Assembly (NCBI GenBank): GCA_963800145.1
Contig: CAWCZX010000003.1
Span: 9,880 to 73,879, forward strand
DNA length: 64,000 nt
Origin: an uncultured Acidobacteriaceae bacterium
Lineage (GTDB): Bacteria > Acidobacteriota > Terriglobia > Terriglobales > Acidobacteriaceae
Reading direction: 5' to 3'
In this document: positions 20,511 to 30,127 of the stretch, one piece after another
Layout of the letters: each line of letters opens with the position of its first letter
Position numbering within the stretch: position 1 is the first letter of the stretch
The notes under the pieces: generated by a model
Database searches by the model: none
The model's input: the letters and a program-made list of their open reading frames with translations, nothing else
What the model was told of the DNA's origin: nothing
Position numbers and translations under genes: made by a program

Positions 20511-23500
20511 CTATTGCCGTGCGACGGTAGTTGTACCCTGGACGGCAATCTTTCCATTTCGAAATTCGTCCCCGGTTTCCTCCATGGCGCGTAACAGCGC
20601 GGGCCAATCGTCGATGTTGCTCGCGAAAATGTTGGCGATCATTCGGCGCGTCAACGTGGGGACCAGAACGTTAAGCATCACTGGGGAATCGCCCATCTCA
20701 TCTGCGAGGCGTGCCCAGTAAAGGTTATTGGATTGCCAAGATTCGGCAAGGAGCCTGCTGGCGTCCCCCCCGAAAGCGGGAACTGGCTTCATGTTAAAGA
20801 GTGCGCAGGAGTTACCTTGCACAAACGCCGAATGCGGCACACCGAAGTCTCTCGATATTCGGTCTGGACTGACATCGGACGGACTTCTCCGCGAGAGTTC
20901 GTCCAATTCGCGGCCCGCAGGTCCCCACGTCGAAGCCTTGTCTGAATACCTTTTCCGAAATTCGACAGCAAGATAGAAAGTGTCAGCAGGGGGTGTTTGG
21001 GGAACGAGTGCATTGGCGCTTTCCGGACTCCGAAGAGCCTCCTCAATCCTTTCCATCCAGTCCGGTGTCATGCGATCGGAGAGAATTTCTATCACCTTAG
21101 CCTTCAGATCAGGGTTGGAGACGGAGGATGTGAGTAGCTCTTCCCCGAGGCGTTGATAAAGAGCAACAGAATGCAGTTCGTTTCGGGATACGTCCCACCA
21201 ACGAGGCAGGACTGCGCTCACCAGAAGATCTGGTACAGTTTCCCTCCAGATCAGGGCCTGGACATTCTTCGGAGCGATGAATTCCTCTTCGGTGGACGCA
21301 AGCGCATACGGCAGATCGGCAAGTGAACCCATCAGATAGGCGCCGCCCCCGGCTGTAGCGCCAACGCCGATCAGATTCGGAACACCCCATATCTGCTCGA
21401 CCCCTTGAACCGAAAGAGACGAGAAATCATGTGAGCGGACGAAGAGTGGATTGTTGTGAAGAACCTCAGCTCCCGGGGGTTCATAATAGGCGTAATTTAG
21501 TCCAACCAATGTATCTCGCAGAAACGGAGTGAGTTGGCCGCGTGCGGCTTCAAGCTGCGATGGCGAGCCCGGAGAGCGAATGATCTTGGTCAGGTCCGTT
21601 CGTATCTGCAATTCCGCATGGCGGCTGACGTAGATCAAGGGAGACCACGAACTCCTCTCACTTCCGGTGAAAATGGGGCGTGGCATCTCGAATTCCCGCA
21701 GGTCTCCTGCAAGCAAGAGCATGGTGTTGCCGACCGGTGCTCCGTGCGCCATATCAGACAGCCCGTCGTAGAGCCCGAAAAGGGTATCGAGGGAAACCAA
21801 TCGCTGGTCATCCAGCACCGCTCGGATTCTCGCGGCCAATTCCCGATGCACGCGTTGAGCGTCCTGACCGTCCTGAGTTGGGCCCGCCAGCAGATCGACG
21901 ACCTGATCCTGGGTCAGATTTCCGCTTCCCGTCGCCGCGAGCAGGAGCGATTGGAGCGAACTCCTGGCCGCGCCGAAGAGCTGTACAGACGAAGAAATCC
22001 CGATAAACGGCTGAACCGCACCCTGCCATGATGCGTTCAATCGCTCATTCGGAATCTGGCCCTGGTGGGCTAGTATCCGCCAGAGTCCGATATTTGCTTG
22101 AAACGCTCCGAGGGCATTCGCGCGCAACGGGGAACTCGAAATCCCATTGATTCCATCGGCAGCGCTTACAAATCGGTCGATCGATGCATCATCCAAAGCC
22201 GGAAAATCAGAAAAGATTGGGAACCAGTGTTCGAATTCGGAGAACCTGCGGGCGATCAACTGCTCAGTTTCGCCGGACAAATGTCTTGATGAGGGCCTTC
22301 CGGCATCAATTGCACTCAGCAGCAGGAAGACACGCATCGGGGTGGCGGGCATCTCAAGATTTGAAGACGCAACCAGTGCTTCGAGCAATTGCTCCGAGCT
22401 ATCGCAACAATGGGCCCACGTTGCCCACTCTCGCATTTCGTTCCGTTTCGTTCCCTGGGAAAAAATTTCCTTCCAAACTTCAAGCCCCCCCGGAATCGCA
22501 ATATCCCCGCTCGCATCCCATTTCAGAGATGTGAGCAGTATCAGGAGTCCAGCATTCTTTGGAAAAACACCATATGCCGCATTAACATTCGGCGCAGTCG
22601 ATCGATAGGCATTGAAAAGTCCCGCGAGACGAGATCCTTGGACGAGGTGGGCCTGCTGGGCTTGGTTCAAGCGCGTCTCGACGTCAAAATAAGCAGCCAG
22701 CCAGCCGCGATCCTTCGTTAGCAGGTGGATCACGAACTCCCCGGGCGAGTTTGGATTTGCACCCACCAGTTCCTCCCAGTCTCTGTGGGCGCCGGCAGGT
22801 ACCACTACTTTCCCGGAGCGGATACTTATCCCGCTTCCGTACAAATCAAAAACAGTTGCGAGGGGCATCAATCTCTTTAGCCCAGGTGAGCGCACCAAGG
22901 CGAGCCTTGTTTCGCGATCGCACTTGGCGAGAGCCCCATAAAGATGATCCAGGTTTTGATCGTGAAGCAGCATGTCGAGAAGATCGGTGCCTGGTTTTCT
23001 CTTCCATGTCGTGACCGCCGTCCAGGTCTTCTCTTTGAAAAAGATCGGGACCCGCGTGGCAGGAAAGGAGTAGGTAAACGGTTCATTCCTTTGCAGGGCT
23101 TGTTCCAGCGCAGTGAGAGGGAAGCCTGAATCGATGGTCAGAAACGCCCGCTCCGGATTGGCAGTCGCCAGGGCGGTGTTTTTCTGTCCACAAGGTCGCT
23201 CAAACTTGTACCCGAGAACCTGAATCAGGCGGCCCGCGTCTTCGCAACCCGTCACGCGAATTGTGCCGGTCTTATCCGCCAGGAGCTGCAATTCTCGGGA
23301 CTGGTGCACATAACGATCCACGAGCACAAGGTACTCGGTTTCCTTCCCGTACTCGAAGCCGTGGAGGGAAACGTTGCGAGCCAGCATGGGCAGCAAATCG
23401 CCGGGAGAAACCTCCTGACTCAATCCGGCCATGCGAAGGAATGATCGCAACGGGCCGGGAATCACAACGGTATCCGCCGGCGATTGCGATGGTTGGTCTT

Positions 23501-23633
23501 CGGGATCTTCCGCCTGCACGCCGACTGAGTTGGAGCTCGAATGCGGCAATGCGTTGACATGGACCGGGCAGCAGGTTCCGAGAAACAAGAGATCTGCTAC
23601 GCAGATGATCCGAGAGAAAAGCGGGAACTTCAT
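20511..23633 (-). CDS. Large (~1040 aa) helical protein of unknown function, probably exported; co-transcribed with the VWA gene
   Basis: Long uninterrupted ORF with a hydrophobic N-terminus after ATG 23633; no motif recognised. Confidence 0.65.
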   Translation of the reverse strand: MKFPLFSRIICVADLLFLGTCCPVHVNALPHSSSNSVGVQAEDPEDQPSQSPADTVVIPGPLRSFLRMAGLSQEVSPGDLLPMLARNVSLHGFEYGKETEYLVLVDRYVHQSRELQLLADKTGTIRVTGCEDAGRLIQVLGYKFERPCGQKNTALATANPERAFLTIDSGFPLTALEQALQRNEPFTYSFPATRVPIFFKEKTWTAVTTWKRKPGTDLLDMLLHDQNLDHLYGALAKCDRETRLALVRSPGLKRLMPLATVFDLYGSGISIRSGKVVVPAGAHRDWEELVGANPNSPGEFVIHLLTKDRGWLAAYFDVETRLNQAQQAHLVQGSRLAGLFNAYRSTAPNVNAAYGVFPKNAGLLILLTSLKWDASGDIAIPGGLEVWKEIFSQGTKRNEMREWATWAHCCDSSEQLLEALVASSNLEMPATPMRVFLLLSAIDAGRPSSRHLSGETEQLIARRFSEFEHWFPIFSDFPALDDASIDRFVSAADGINGISSSPLRANALGAFQANIGLWRILAHQGQIPNERLNASWQGAVQPFIGISSSVQLFGAARSSLQSLLLAATGSGNLTQDQVVDLLAGPTQDGQDAQRVHRELAARIRAVLDDQRLVSLDTLFGLYDGLSDMAHGAPVGNTMLLLAGDLREFEMPRPIFTGSERSSWSPLIYVSRHAELQIRTDLTKIIRSPGSPSQLEAARGQLTPFLRDTLVGLNYAYYEPPGAEVLHNNPLFVRSHDFSSLSVQGVEQIWGVPNLIGVGATAGGGAYLMGSLADLPYALASTEEEFIAPKNVQALIWRETVPDLLVSAVLPRWWDVSRNELHSVALYQRLGEELLTSSVSNPDLKAKVIEILSDRMTPDWMERIEEALRSPESANALVPQTPPADTFYLAVEFRKRYSDKASTWGPAGRELDELSRRSPSDVSPDRISRDFGVPHSAFVQGNSCALFNMKPVPAFGGDASRLLAESWQSNNLYWARLADEMGDSPVMLNVLVPTLTRRMIANIFASNIDDWPALLRAMEETGDEFRNGKIAVQGTTTVARQ

Positions 23634-24232
23634 TGGGAATACCCCCCGGTCAGCGATAGCCTCAGACGGCTCGCTGAACGCCCTGGACTTACATGGGCAA
23701 CCAAAGGTCAATAAATGCGATGGTTATCTCGTCAGCACGATACTTGGACGACTTCGACCAACTTGCAGCAAAACGCTAGGGATTCACGACCTCAGTGGGA
23801 GTTACCTGCGGGAGAGCCACAGGGCCCTCGAATTTGCGACCTTCGTTCAGAGACATGCCGGCGGTTCAGGCGACGTTGGGGAAGTCGCGCTCACCGGTGC
23901 ATCATCATCGCAAATCTTCATTCGTCAGGCAAGTCATTCGGCGGGAAGTTCGGGGTGTCCGTCCAAAACGTCTGCCATTTGAGATGGAAGTGGCGACTTG
24001 TTGCGCCGGCACGCAGATTGGTTCGACCCCGGCAATCACCTATAACCCATTTGATATGTTCATTTAATGGAAGATGAGCCAAGTGTTTTCCCCTTAGGCG
24101 GGGAACGGCTTGCGGGTTTGCGCGTTGCACCACACCAGCAGACGCGAACTGTGGGAGTCGAGAATCGTACCTGCGGCATATTTTGCAGCGGCGATTTATT
24201 TTAGCCAAGGGCCCGACAACCCCGCTCCATGT

Positions 24233-25693
24233 CTACCCGGCTACTTGTTTGAGATCGGCGCGCTTGTCTTCGTAGGTCATGGAATAGGCAAGTAGATTTG
24301 GATCAGGTTCAGTGCCCCAATATTGGCAGGCGGCCTGGTACACGTCCGGCCACCAGTTGTGGTGGGCAGTGAGGCCGTCCTGTTTCCATTTCTTCCAGTC
24401 GACCAAAATCTTCGACCATGCTCGGTCACCAAATTCCATCGCTTCCACTTGAGTGCCAATCTCGGGTACGATCCACTCGCGTCCGATTTTGGCATGCAGA
24501 ACTTCGTCCGCCCAGTCATAGTCCTGAATTAACGCAGTCAGCGGATTTGCCGTGGCCATGGCCACTTCCCACTCATACTCCTTGCCGATCTTCCTGGGCA
24601 TAAGCCCCTGCTCGATCGTGAACAAGACAGCATGGCGCTCTTTTCGCGTCAGCATGGTATTCAGGCCCATTGACCAGGTAAAGTTGAACGGGATCATAGT
24701 CCAATCGATTCCCATAGAGACAAATCCAACTTCACCCATCATGGCGTGGCGAGCCTCATCCCAGAGTTGGCGTGTCATGTCGCGGTAATATCCCCAGGGC
24801 TTGTCGCGAGCTTCCACAATGATGCTTGCCATCATTTCAGGCACGTCGATTTCGCGCATGCGTTTGAAATAGAGCATGATCGTTTTGGGAAGCGGTTCGA
24901 TGCCCGGATCGAGAAGCATAGCTTCTGCATTGACGCCCATATTGTAGGGATCCTGGAATCGCGCATCGCGGTGCGGAACAGGGTCATATGTATAAGGAAC
25001 CGCGGAGGTTTTTCGCGCCAGGAGCTCCCCGGTCGGTTCCCTCTTCCCATCCAGGTCGCCCGCGGCAGCGAGCATGCGATCGAGCAGGTGAAGCCACTCG
25101 TGAAACTCTGCGCGCTGCTCATCCTTCACCAGGCACCGGGTCGCTTCGATTCCGTATTGCTGTATGTCTTGTATCTCGAGAAGTGTCAGGCGGCAGATAC
25201 GCCACGTAGGGTGATCGAAAAGCTTGTTCGTGTCGGCCATCAGGTTCTCAAGCGCGCGGACGAGGGCCGGCACCGCACACTCATACAAGCCCGAAATCAG
25301 CATTTCGGTGTTCGGCGCAGACAATATTTCATCGAAGAACATGTCAAGAGAGTCGTGAGGACAAACCTCTAGCCCATAGGGCGGTTGTCTCATCTCCTTT
25401 ACGCGCACGGCAAACTCGCCCACATGCTCCACGCAGTAGTGGGCATGCAGACTGAAGGCCATCTTCAATTCATAAAACGGCATGCTCGTAATGCGCGACA
25501 CAAAAATATGGTGGAGACGATTGAGAGACCAATGAATACGCTTCAGGCGCCCGACTGATTCGTTGACAGTCAATCCGGTGGAAACGACTTCGCGCATGGA
25601 ATGCAGGCCGACCAGAGGAGGAAGACCATCAAGGCCCTTATAGGAATCAATAGTGTTGATTGACGTGCTTGCATCGTTTCCGTTCTGTGTCAT
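24233..25693 (-). CDS. Ferritin-like diiron protein (DUF455-like C-terminal domain plus an N-terminal ferritin-like domain)
   Basis: EIDVPE, YYRDMTRQLWDEARH and DYDWADEVLHAKIG give two ExxH ligand motifs; the N-terminal half has VEHVGEFAVRVKEM. Strong GAAGGAGG RBS, 59 nt after the corrinoid gene stop. Confidence 0.65.
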   Translation of the reverse strand: MTQNGNDASTSINTIDSYKGLDGLPPLVGLHSMREVVSTGLTVNESVGRLKRIHWSLNRLHHIFVSRITSMPFYELKMAFSLHAHYCVEHVGEFAVRVKEMRQPPYGLEVCPHDSLDMFFDEILSAPNTEMLISGLYECAVPALVRALENLMADTNKLFDHPTWRICRLTLLEIQDIQQYGIEATRCLVKDEQRAEFHEWLHLLDRMLAAAGDLDGKREPTGELLARKTSAVPYTYDPVPHRDARFQDPYNMGVNAEAMLLDPGIEPLPKTIMLYFKRMREIDVPEMMASIIVEARDKPWGYYRDMTRQLWDEARHAMMGEVGFVSMGIDWTMIPFNFTWSMGLNTMLTRKERHAVLFTIEQGLMPRKIGKEYEWEVAMATANPLTALIQDYDWADEVLHAKIGREWIVPEIGTQVEAMEFGDRAWSKILVDWKKWKQDGLTAHHNWWPDVYQAACQYWGTEPDPNLLAYSMTYEDKRADLKQVAG

Positions 25694-25752
25694 GGCGAAT
25701 GCCTCCTTCAGTTACATCCTGCAAATGGACGACCCGCGGGATCTGAGCTCGG

Positions 25753-26385
25753 TCATCCGATCAGGCTCCTGACCAGGCCAACCGCGCCGCTGGCATTTTC
25801 GCTGTATCCGTCTGCACCAACCTCTTTGGCGTACTGCAAAGTGACCGGAGCGCCGCCAATCAAAACCTTCACGCGGGTACGCAGACCGGCGGTCTGCAGC
25901 GCTTCAATGGTGGTCTTCATGGCCGGCATGGTCACGGTGAGCAGCGCAGACATGCACACAATCTGCGGCTCCTGCTCGGCCACCGCGGCCACAAATTTTT
26001 CAGGTGCAACATCGGTGCCGAGATCGATCACATCGAATCCGCTTCCTTCAAGCATCGAAGCAACAATGTTTTTACCGATGTCGTGCAGGTCGCCCTTCAC
26101 TGTGCCGATGACTACTTTGGCAGACAGCTTCTCGCCGGCAGCCACCATCAACGGCCGCAGCACCTGCATCGCGCTCTTCATTGCGCGGCCTGCCAACAGG
26201 AGTTCCGGAACAAAATATTCCTCCTGCTCAAAAAGCCGTCCCACTTCGTCCATCGCCGGCACCATGGACTCGGCAATCAGCGCCATCGGTTCCGTGCCAG
26301 CTTCGATTTCTGCATTCGTTGCTGCAAGCGCTTTTTTTGCATCACCATTGAGAATTGCTTCGTAGAGTTCCTTGGATTGAGCCAT
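25753..26385 (-). CDS. Stand-alone corrinoid (cobalamin-binding) methyl-carrier protein, MtbC/MttC/MtvC-like
   Basis: B12 cap domain (MDEVGRLFEQEEYFVPELL) plus the DxHxxG motif GDLHDIGKNIV, SALL and IGGAP. Confidence 0.92.
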   Translation of the reverse strand: MAQSKELYEAILNGDAKKALAATNAEIEAGTEPMALIAESMVPAMDEVGRLFEQEEYFVPELLLAGRAMKSAMQVLRPLMVAAGEKLSAKVVIGTVKGDLHDIGKNIVASMLEGSGFDVIDLGTDVAPEKFVAAVAEQEPQIVCMSALLTVTMPAMKTTIEALQTAGLRTRVKVLIGGAPVTLQYAKEVGADGYSENASGAVGLVRSLIG

Positions 26386-26452
26386 GATTCACCTGCCAAA
26401 TGGAAATGCCGCGGGAACAAGTCAAACAACAAGCTGCATTATCAACACCGCC

Positions 26453-27478
26453 TCATGCGTTCACATGAGCTGAGCGGTCGCGAGCGAAGTTCACCATTGC
26501 ATCTACGTTTTCGTGGGGCGTATCGCGTACGATCTCGCATCCCGCAGCGATGATCCATTGTTCACCCACTTGTTGCCGGAGCACTTCAAGCGATTTCATG
26601 ATTGCTTCAGGAGATCCATTGCGCACGTCCCTCACCGGGTCCAGATTCCCTGCCAGGGTCTGTTGCGGGCCGGTCTGGGAGCGCGCTAGGTCCATGGCTA
26701 CGGGATAATCAATATCCACCAAGTCGCAACCCAGCTTGCCCAAGCCTTGGAGAATTCGGCGCGTATTCCCGCAGATGTGAAGACGGACTTTTGCCCCGCC
26801 GGCATGGATGGAGTCAACGAGTTTTTTCTCCCACGGCCACACAAATTCGTTGTAAATGCGTGGGCCCACCAGGGATGCGGCGGCATCTCCGATCCCAATA
26901 ATGTCTGCGCCAGCTTTGATCTGCGCGGACGCGAACCGAACCGCAATTTCCAGGGTGAACTCGAACAGATCTTGAACAAAGGCAGGGTCGTCGGAAAAAT
27001 CGATCATCAACCGGCTGATCCCGCGCAGGTCAGCAGCTTCGGCACAGGGGCCTTCCACCCAGCCCTCGACGAATAGTTTTTCCCCTGCATACTTCCGCAA
27101 CAGTTCGACTCCCCTGATGCGGTCTTCCATGCGTCCCCCAAGGATCGCGCCGGGAATTTTCAGTTGAGCAAGAACCGACTTTTCCTGCAAAAGCGCTTCT
27201 TCTTCGACAATCCCCGGAGGCCGGTCTTCATACCACTGGATCTTAGCGCCCAGATCAGTTGCTTCGCGGGTGGGGTCCGAGATCGCCGAGACATGGTCGA
27301 AGCCAAACATTTCGGCCGTCTTGGCCTGTGCTTCCGCCAGAATTCTGTAATCCCGGACATACTGCGCGTATTTGACGCCAAGAATATCCGCGGCAAACAT
27401 CATGGTGATGGGCATGCATGGAATGCGGTCAGTCTTTTGCCCGGCAAGAATTCCGAGAACTCGTTCGCGACCTGTCAT
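26453..27478 (-). CDS. UroD-fold corrinoid methyltransferase (MtaA/CmuA family)
   Basis: MTGRERV N-terminus, DPTREATDLGA, VEGPCAEAADLRG, GADIIGIGDAAAS, and the Zn-site pattern LHICG...AGCEI (H-x-C...C). Start may extend to 27511. Confidence 0.85.
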   Translation of the reverse strand: MTGRERVLGILAGQKTDRIPCMPITMMFAADILGVKYAQYVRDYRILAEAQAKTAEMFGFDHVSAISDPTREATDLGAKIQWYEDRPPGIVEEEALLQEKSVLAQLKIPGAILGGRMEDRIRGVELLRKYAGEKLFVEGWVEGPCAEAADLRGISRLMIDFSDDPAFVQDLFEFTLEIAVRFASAQIKAGADIIGIGDAAASLVGPRIYNEFVWPWEKKLVDSIHAGGAKVRLHICGNTRRILQGLGKLGCDLVDIDYPVAMDLARSQTGPQQTLAGNLDPVRDVRNGSPEAIMKSLEVLRQQVGEQWIIAAGCEIVRDTPHENVDAMVNFARDRSAHVNA

Positions 27479-27816
27479 AGCGTGCACGTTCATTTCAGAG
27501 ACGGGCGCCAACCCTCGGCTTTGCTTTTATCCGACGAGATATATGGGGCAAGCATCCGCCGCAATTGTGATCTTAGTTGCAAGCACCTCAACGATAGTCC
27601 AGAAGACCCACGGGTGTCCTGTCTTTGGTTGAAGAATTTCAAATTCCCGCTGACGGACTGGCAAGTTATTTACCACCGCCGAAAACCGTGAGAATCAGCC
27701 CCAATCTGCCGCTGCCCTCATTAGATGTTCGAGCGTAGAATTGCAGCTGCGTTCCGGCGGAATCATTGCTTCGATTTATCCTGTCCCCGGACAACGATCT
27801 ATCGGCGGGGAAAGTC

Positions 27817-28557
27817 ATGCGCTTTAAACTGATTAGCTGCCAGGTTCTCACCCGAGAAATCAGCTATCTTCTCGCCCGCTCACCTCACTCGATTGCGCCG
27901 GAGATCCTGACCATGGGGCTGCACGACCTAGGCGCTTCGATGCGCCCCTTTCTGCAGGAGAGGATTGATGCCGCGGATGGGGAAGGCTACGACGCGATTC
28001 TACTGGGATATGCGCTCTGCGGTAGAGGTACGGAGGGCCTGCGCGCGAGGAAGACGCAGATCGTCCTTCCCCGGGCACACGATTGCATCGGGTTATTGAT
28101 GGGGAGCCGTTCACGCTATCAGGCCTATTTCGATGCTCATCCCGGCGTTTACTTTCGATCCCCCGGCTGGCTTGAAAATCAAGGTCCGGGTGAAATTCTT
28201 CAGCCTGCCAATTCCTCAAAGCAGAACACGATTGGAGAACGCCGCAGCCGCGAAGAACTCATCGCGCAATACGGCGAAGAGAACGGAAACTATCTTTTTG
28301 AGCAGTTCAATCTCTTTCGTCGCCATTACTCAGGGTTGACCTATATCTCCACCAGTGTTGGACCGGAGGACGCCTATCGCAATCAGGCCCGTGCTGAAGC
28401 GGAAAAAGAGGGATGGGCGTTTGATGAAATCAAGGGCTCACTCACCCTGCTCGAACGGCTTGTCAACGGAGAGTGGAACTCCGCGGATTTTCTTGTCATT
28501 GGTCCCGGCCAGACGGTGCAGGACGTTTTGGGCGAGCCCGCCGTGGAAGCGATATGA
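27817..28557 (+). CDS. DUF1638 domain protein (commonly found beside corrinoid activation genes)
   Basis: SCQVL, GLHD, YDAILLGYALCGRG and PRAHDCIGLLMG; ATGA overlap with the downstream ASKHA gene. Confidence 0.8.
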   Translation: MRFKLISCQVLTREISYLLARSPHSIAPEILTMGLHDLGASMRPFLQERIDAADGEGYDAILLGYALCGRGTEGLRARKTQIVLPRAHDCIGLLMGSRSRYQAYFDAHPGVYFRSPGWLENQGPGEILQPANSSKQNTIGERRSREELIAQYGEENGNYLFEQFNLFRRHYSGLTYISTSVGPEDAYRNQARAEAEKEGWAFDEIKGSLTLLERLVNGEWNSADFLVIGPGQTVQDVLGEPAVEAI

Positions 28558-30050
28558 GCGCTGAGACGGTAAGGATTCGGCTGGAGCCGCTGTCGACAAC
28601 GGTCGAAGTGCCTTGGAATAGTTCGCTAAAGTCTGCGCTCTGCGTGCACGGGGTCGAATTTCCATGCGGGGGAATAGGTATTTGCGGTGGTTGCCGTTTT
28701 CGAGTTCTGGCTGGAGAGCTTCCGGTGACCGGGCAGGATGTTGCTGTCTTCTCGGCGATTGAGCTTGGCGACGGATGGCGGTTGGCCTGCCAGGCGCGCG
28801 CCGAGAGTTCCCTGGTGCTTGAGTGCAGTCAATGGAAAATGGACGTGCTGACCGATGATTCGGGCCTTTCCACCGCGGGAAAATCCGGGCTGGGAATTGC
28901 CATCGATCTGGGCACGACCACTGTTGCCGCGCAGTTGATCGATATGGCCACGGGCAACGTGCTCGCTGTGGAGACCTGCCTCAATCCACAAGCGTCGCAC
29001 GGCTCTGACGTGATGAGCAGAATCAAGGCAACCCTATCCGGAGTCGATCTGACGGCGTTGGTTCGCTCTGCAGTGGAGCAGATGATTGCAAAGCTGGCAT
29101 GCGGCCGCGAACAAGAGATCGTCGAGGTCGTTCTTGTCGGCAATACGGTGATGCATCATCTTTTTTGCGGACTTAATGTTGAGCCGCTCTCGCATGTGCC
29201 GTTCGAATCTCCTCACCCAGAAGTACAGGCCTTCGACTCCGGTGAACTCGGCTGGAAGTTGTCACGGGATTGCCGCGTGCGTTTTGCACGATGCCTCGGC
29301 GGATTTGTAGGTTCTGACATCCTTGCCGGAATGATTGCTGTCGGCATGCCGGTTTCAGTGGGCTTGATTGCGTTGATCGATCTTGGCACCAACGGAGAGA
29401 TCGCCATTGGCAATCATGATGGGATTGTCTGCGCGTCTACGGCGGCGGGGCCGGCCTTTGAAGCCGGTTCGATCCGCATGGGAATGCGCGCGGCGACGGG
29501 CGCTATCTCGCGTGTCTATCCCTTGCATGAGAGAATTTGTGCCGACGTAATTGGAGACGTAGACGCCAGGGGTATCTGCGGCAGTGGCCTGGTCGATGCG
29601 GTCGCAGTCGGGTTGCAAAGCGGGCGCATTCTGCCTTCTGGACGCATTGCCGGACAGACAAAGCTCTTTCCGATAAAGGATCCGGTCGTCCTCTACCAAT
29701 CGGATATTCGCGAACTGCAGTTGGCGAAGGGGGCCATCGCGTCCGGGTTCAGGCTCCTGCTTCGGCACCTGGGCACGAGCGCCGACCATCTGGAAAGCCT
29801 CTACCTGGCAGGGGCATTCGGCAATTACATGCAGATTGAAAGTGCCATTGGCATCGGGCTCATTGAGGCGCCTAAGCAGCGAATTCGCGCGGCCGGGAAC
29901 ACGGCTTTGCGCGGGGCCAAGATTCTGCTTTTGTCGGATGGTGAGCCATGCCTGCCGAGGATCGAACATATAAGTTTAGCCGCTGATCCTGATTTTCAGG
30001 ATGAGTTTTCCAGTTGCATGACGTTTCCCGAGATCGCGAGCGCAGTTTAA
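28554..30050 (+). CDS. ASKHA-family reductive activator of corrinoid proteins (RACo/RamA-like, DUF4445) with an N-terminal 2Fe-2S domain
   Basis: CGGIGICGGC...RLACQ 2Fe-2S motif; IDLGTTT, IDLGTNGEI, CASTAAGPAFE, GICGSG, LAGAFG and GNTALRGA. Confidence 0.9.
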   Translation: MSAETVRIRLEPLSTTVEVPWNSSLKSALCVHGVEFPCGGIGICGGCRFRVLAGELPVTGQDVAVFSAIELGDGWRLACQARAESSLVLECSQWKMDVLTDDSGLSTAGKSGLGIAIDLGTTTVAAQLIDMATGNVLAVETCLNPQASHGSDVMSRIKATLSGVDLTALVRSAVEQMIAKLACGREQEIVEVVLVGNTVMHHLFCGLNVEPLSHVPFESPHPEVQAFDSGELGWKLSRDCRVRFARCLGGFVGSDILAGMIAVGMPVSVGLIALIDLGTNGEIAIGNHDGIVCASTAAGPAFEAGSIRMGMRAATGAISRVYPLHERICADVIGDVDARGICGSGLVDAVAVGLQSGRILPSGRIAGQTKLFPIKDPVVLYQSDIRELQLAKGAIASGFRLLLRHLGTSADHLESLYLAGAFGNYMQIESAIGIGLIEAPKQRIRAAGNTALRGAKILLLSDGEPCLPRIEHISLAADPDFQDEFSSCMTFPEIASAV

Positions 30051-30127
30051 AGTGGCAATCAAGAACGACAGGAACAATTCGGAATGCACAAAGAAACAAT
30101 TGGACGGGATCGTAAACGGGTCGCAAT

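Noticed and set aside
24016-24042. GGTTCGACCCC resembling a tRNA T-loop / 3' tRNA fragment (possible att site)
   Set aside because: The T-stem pairs poorly, there is no acceptor stem, D-arm or CCA, and no integrase or second copy is in the window.
25753-26385. Mercury methylase HgcA or methionine synthase
   Set aside because: It uses the His-on DxHxxG motif rather than the HgcA cap-helix Cys motif, has no TM domain or hgcB, and has no MetH catalytic domains.
26453-27478. Annotation as heme-pathway uroporphyrinogen decarboxylase (hemE)
   Set aside because: It lacks the HemE RQAGR motif, has an H-x-C...C Zn site and lies in a corrinoid operon.
27479-27816. Cobalamin riboswitch expected in the divergent region of the corrinoid operons
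   Set aside because: I could not find the conserved B12-box or GGGAA core elements by eye; an Infernal scan with Rfam cobalamin models would settle it.
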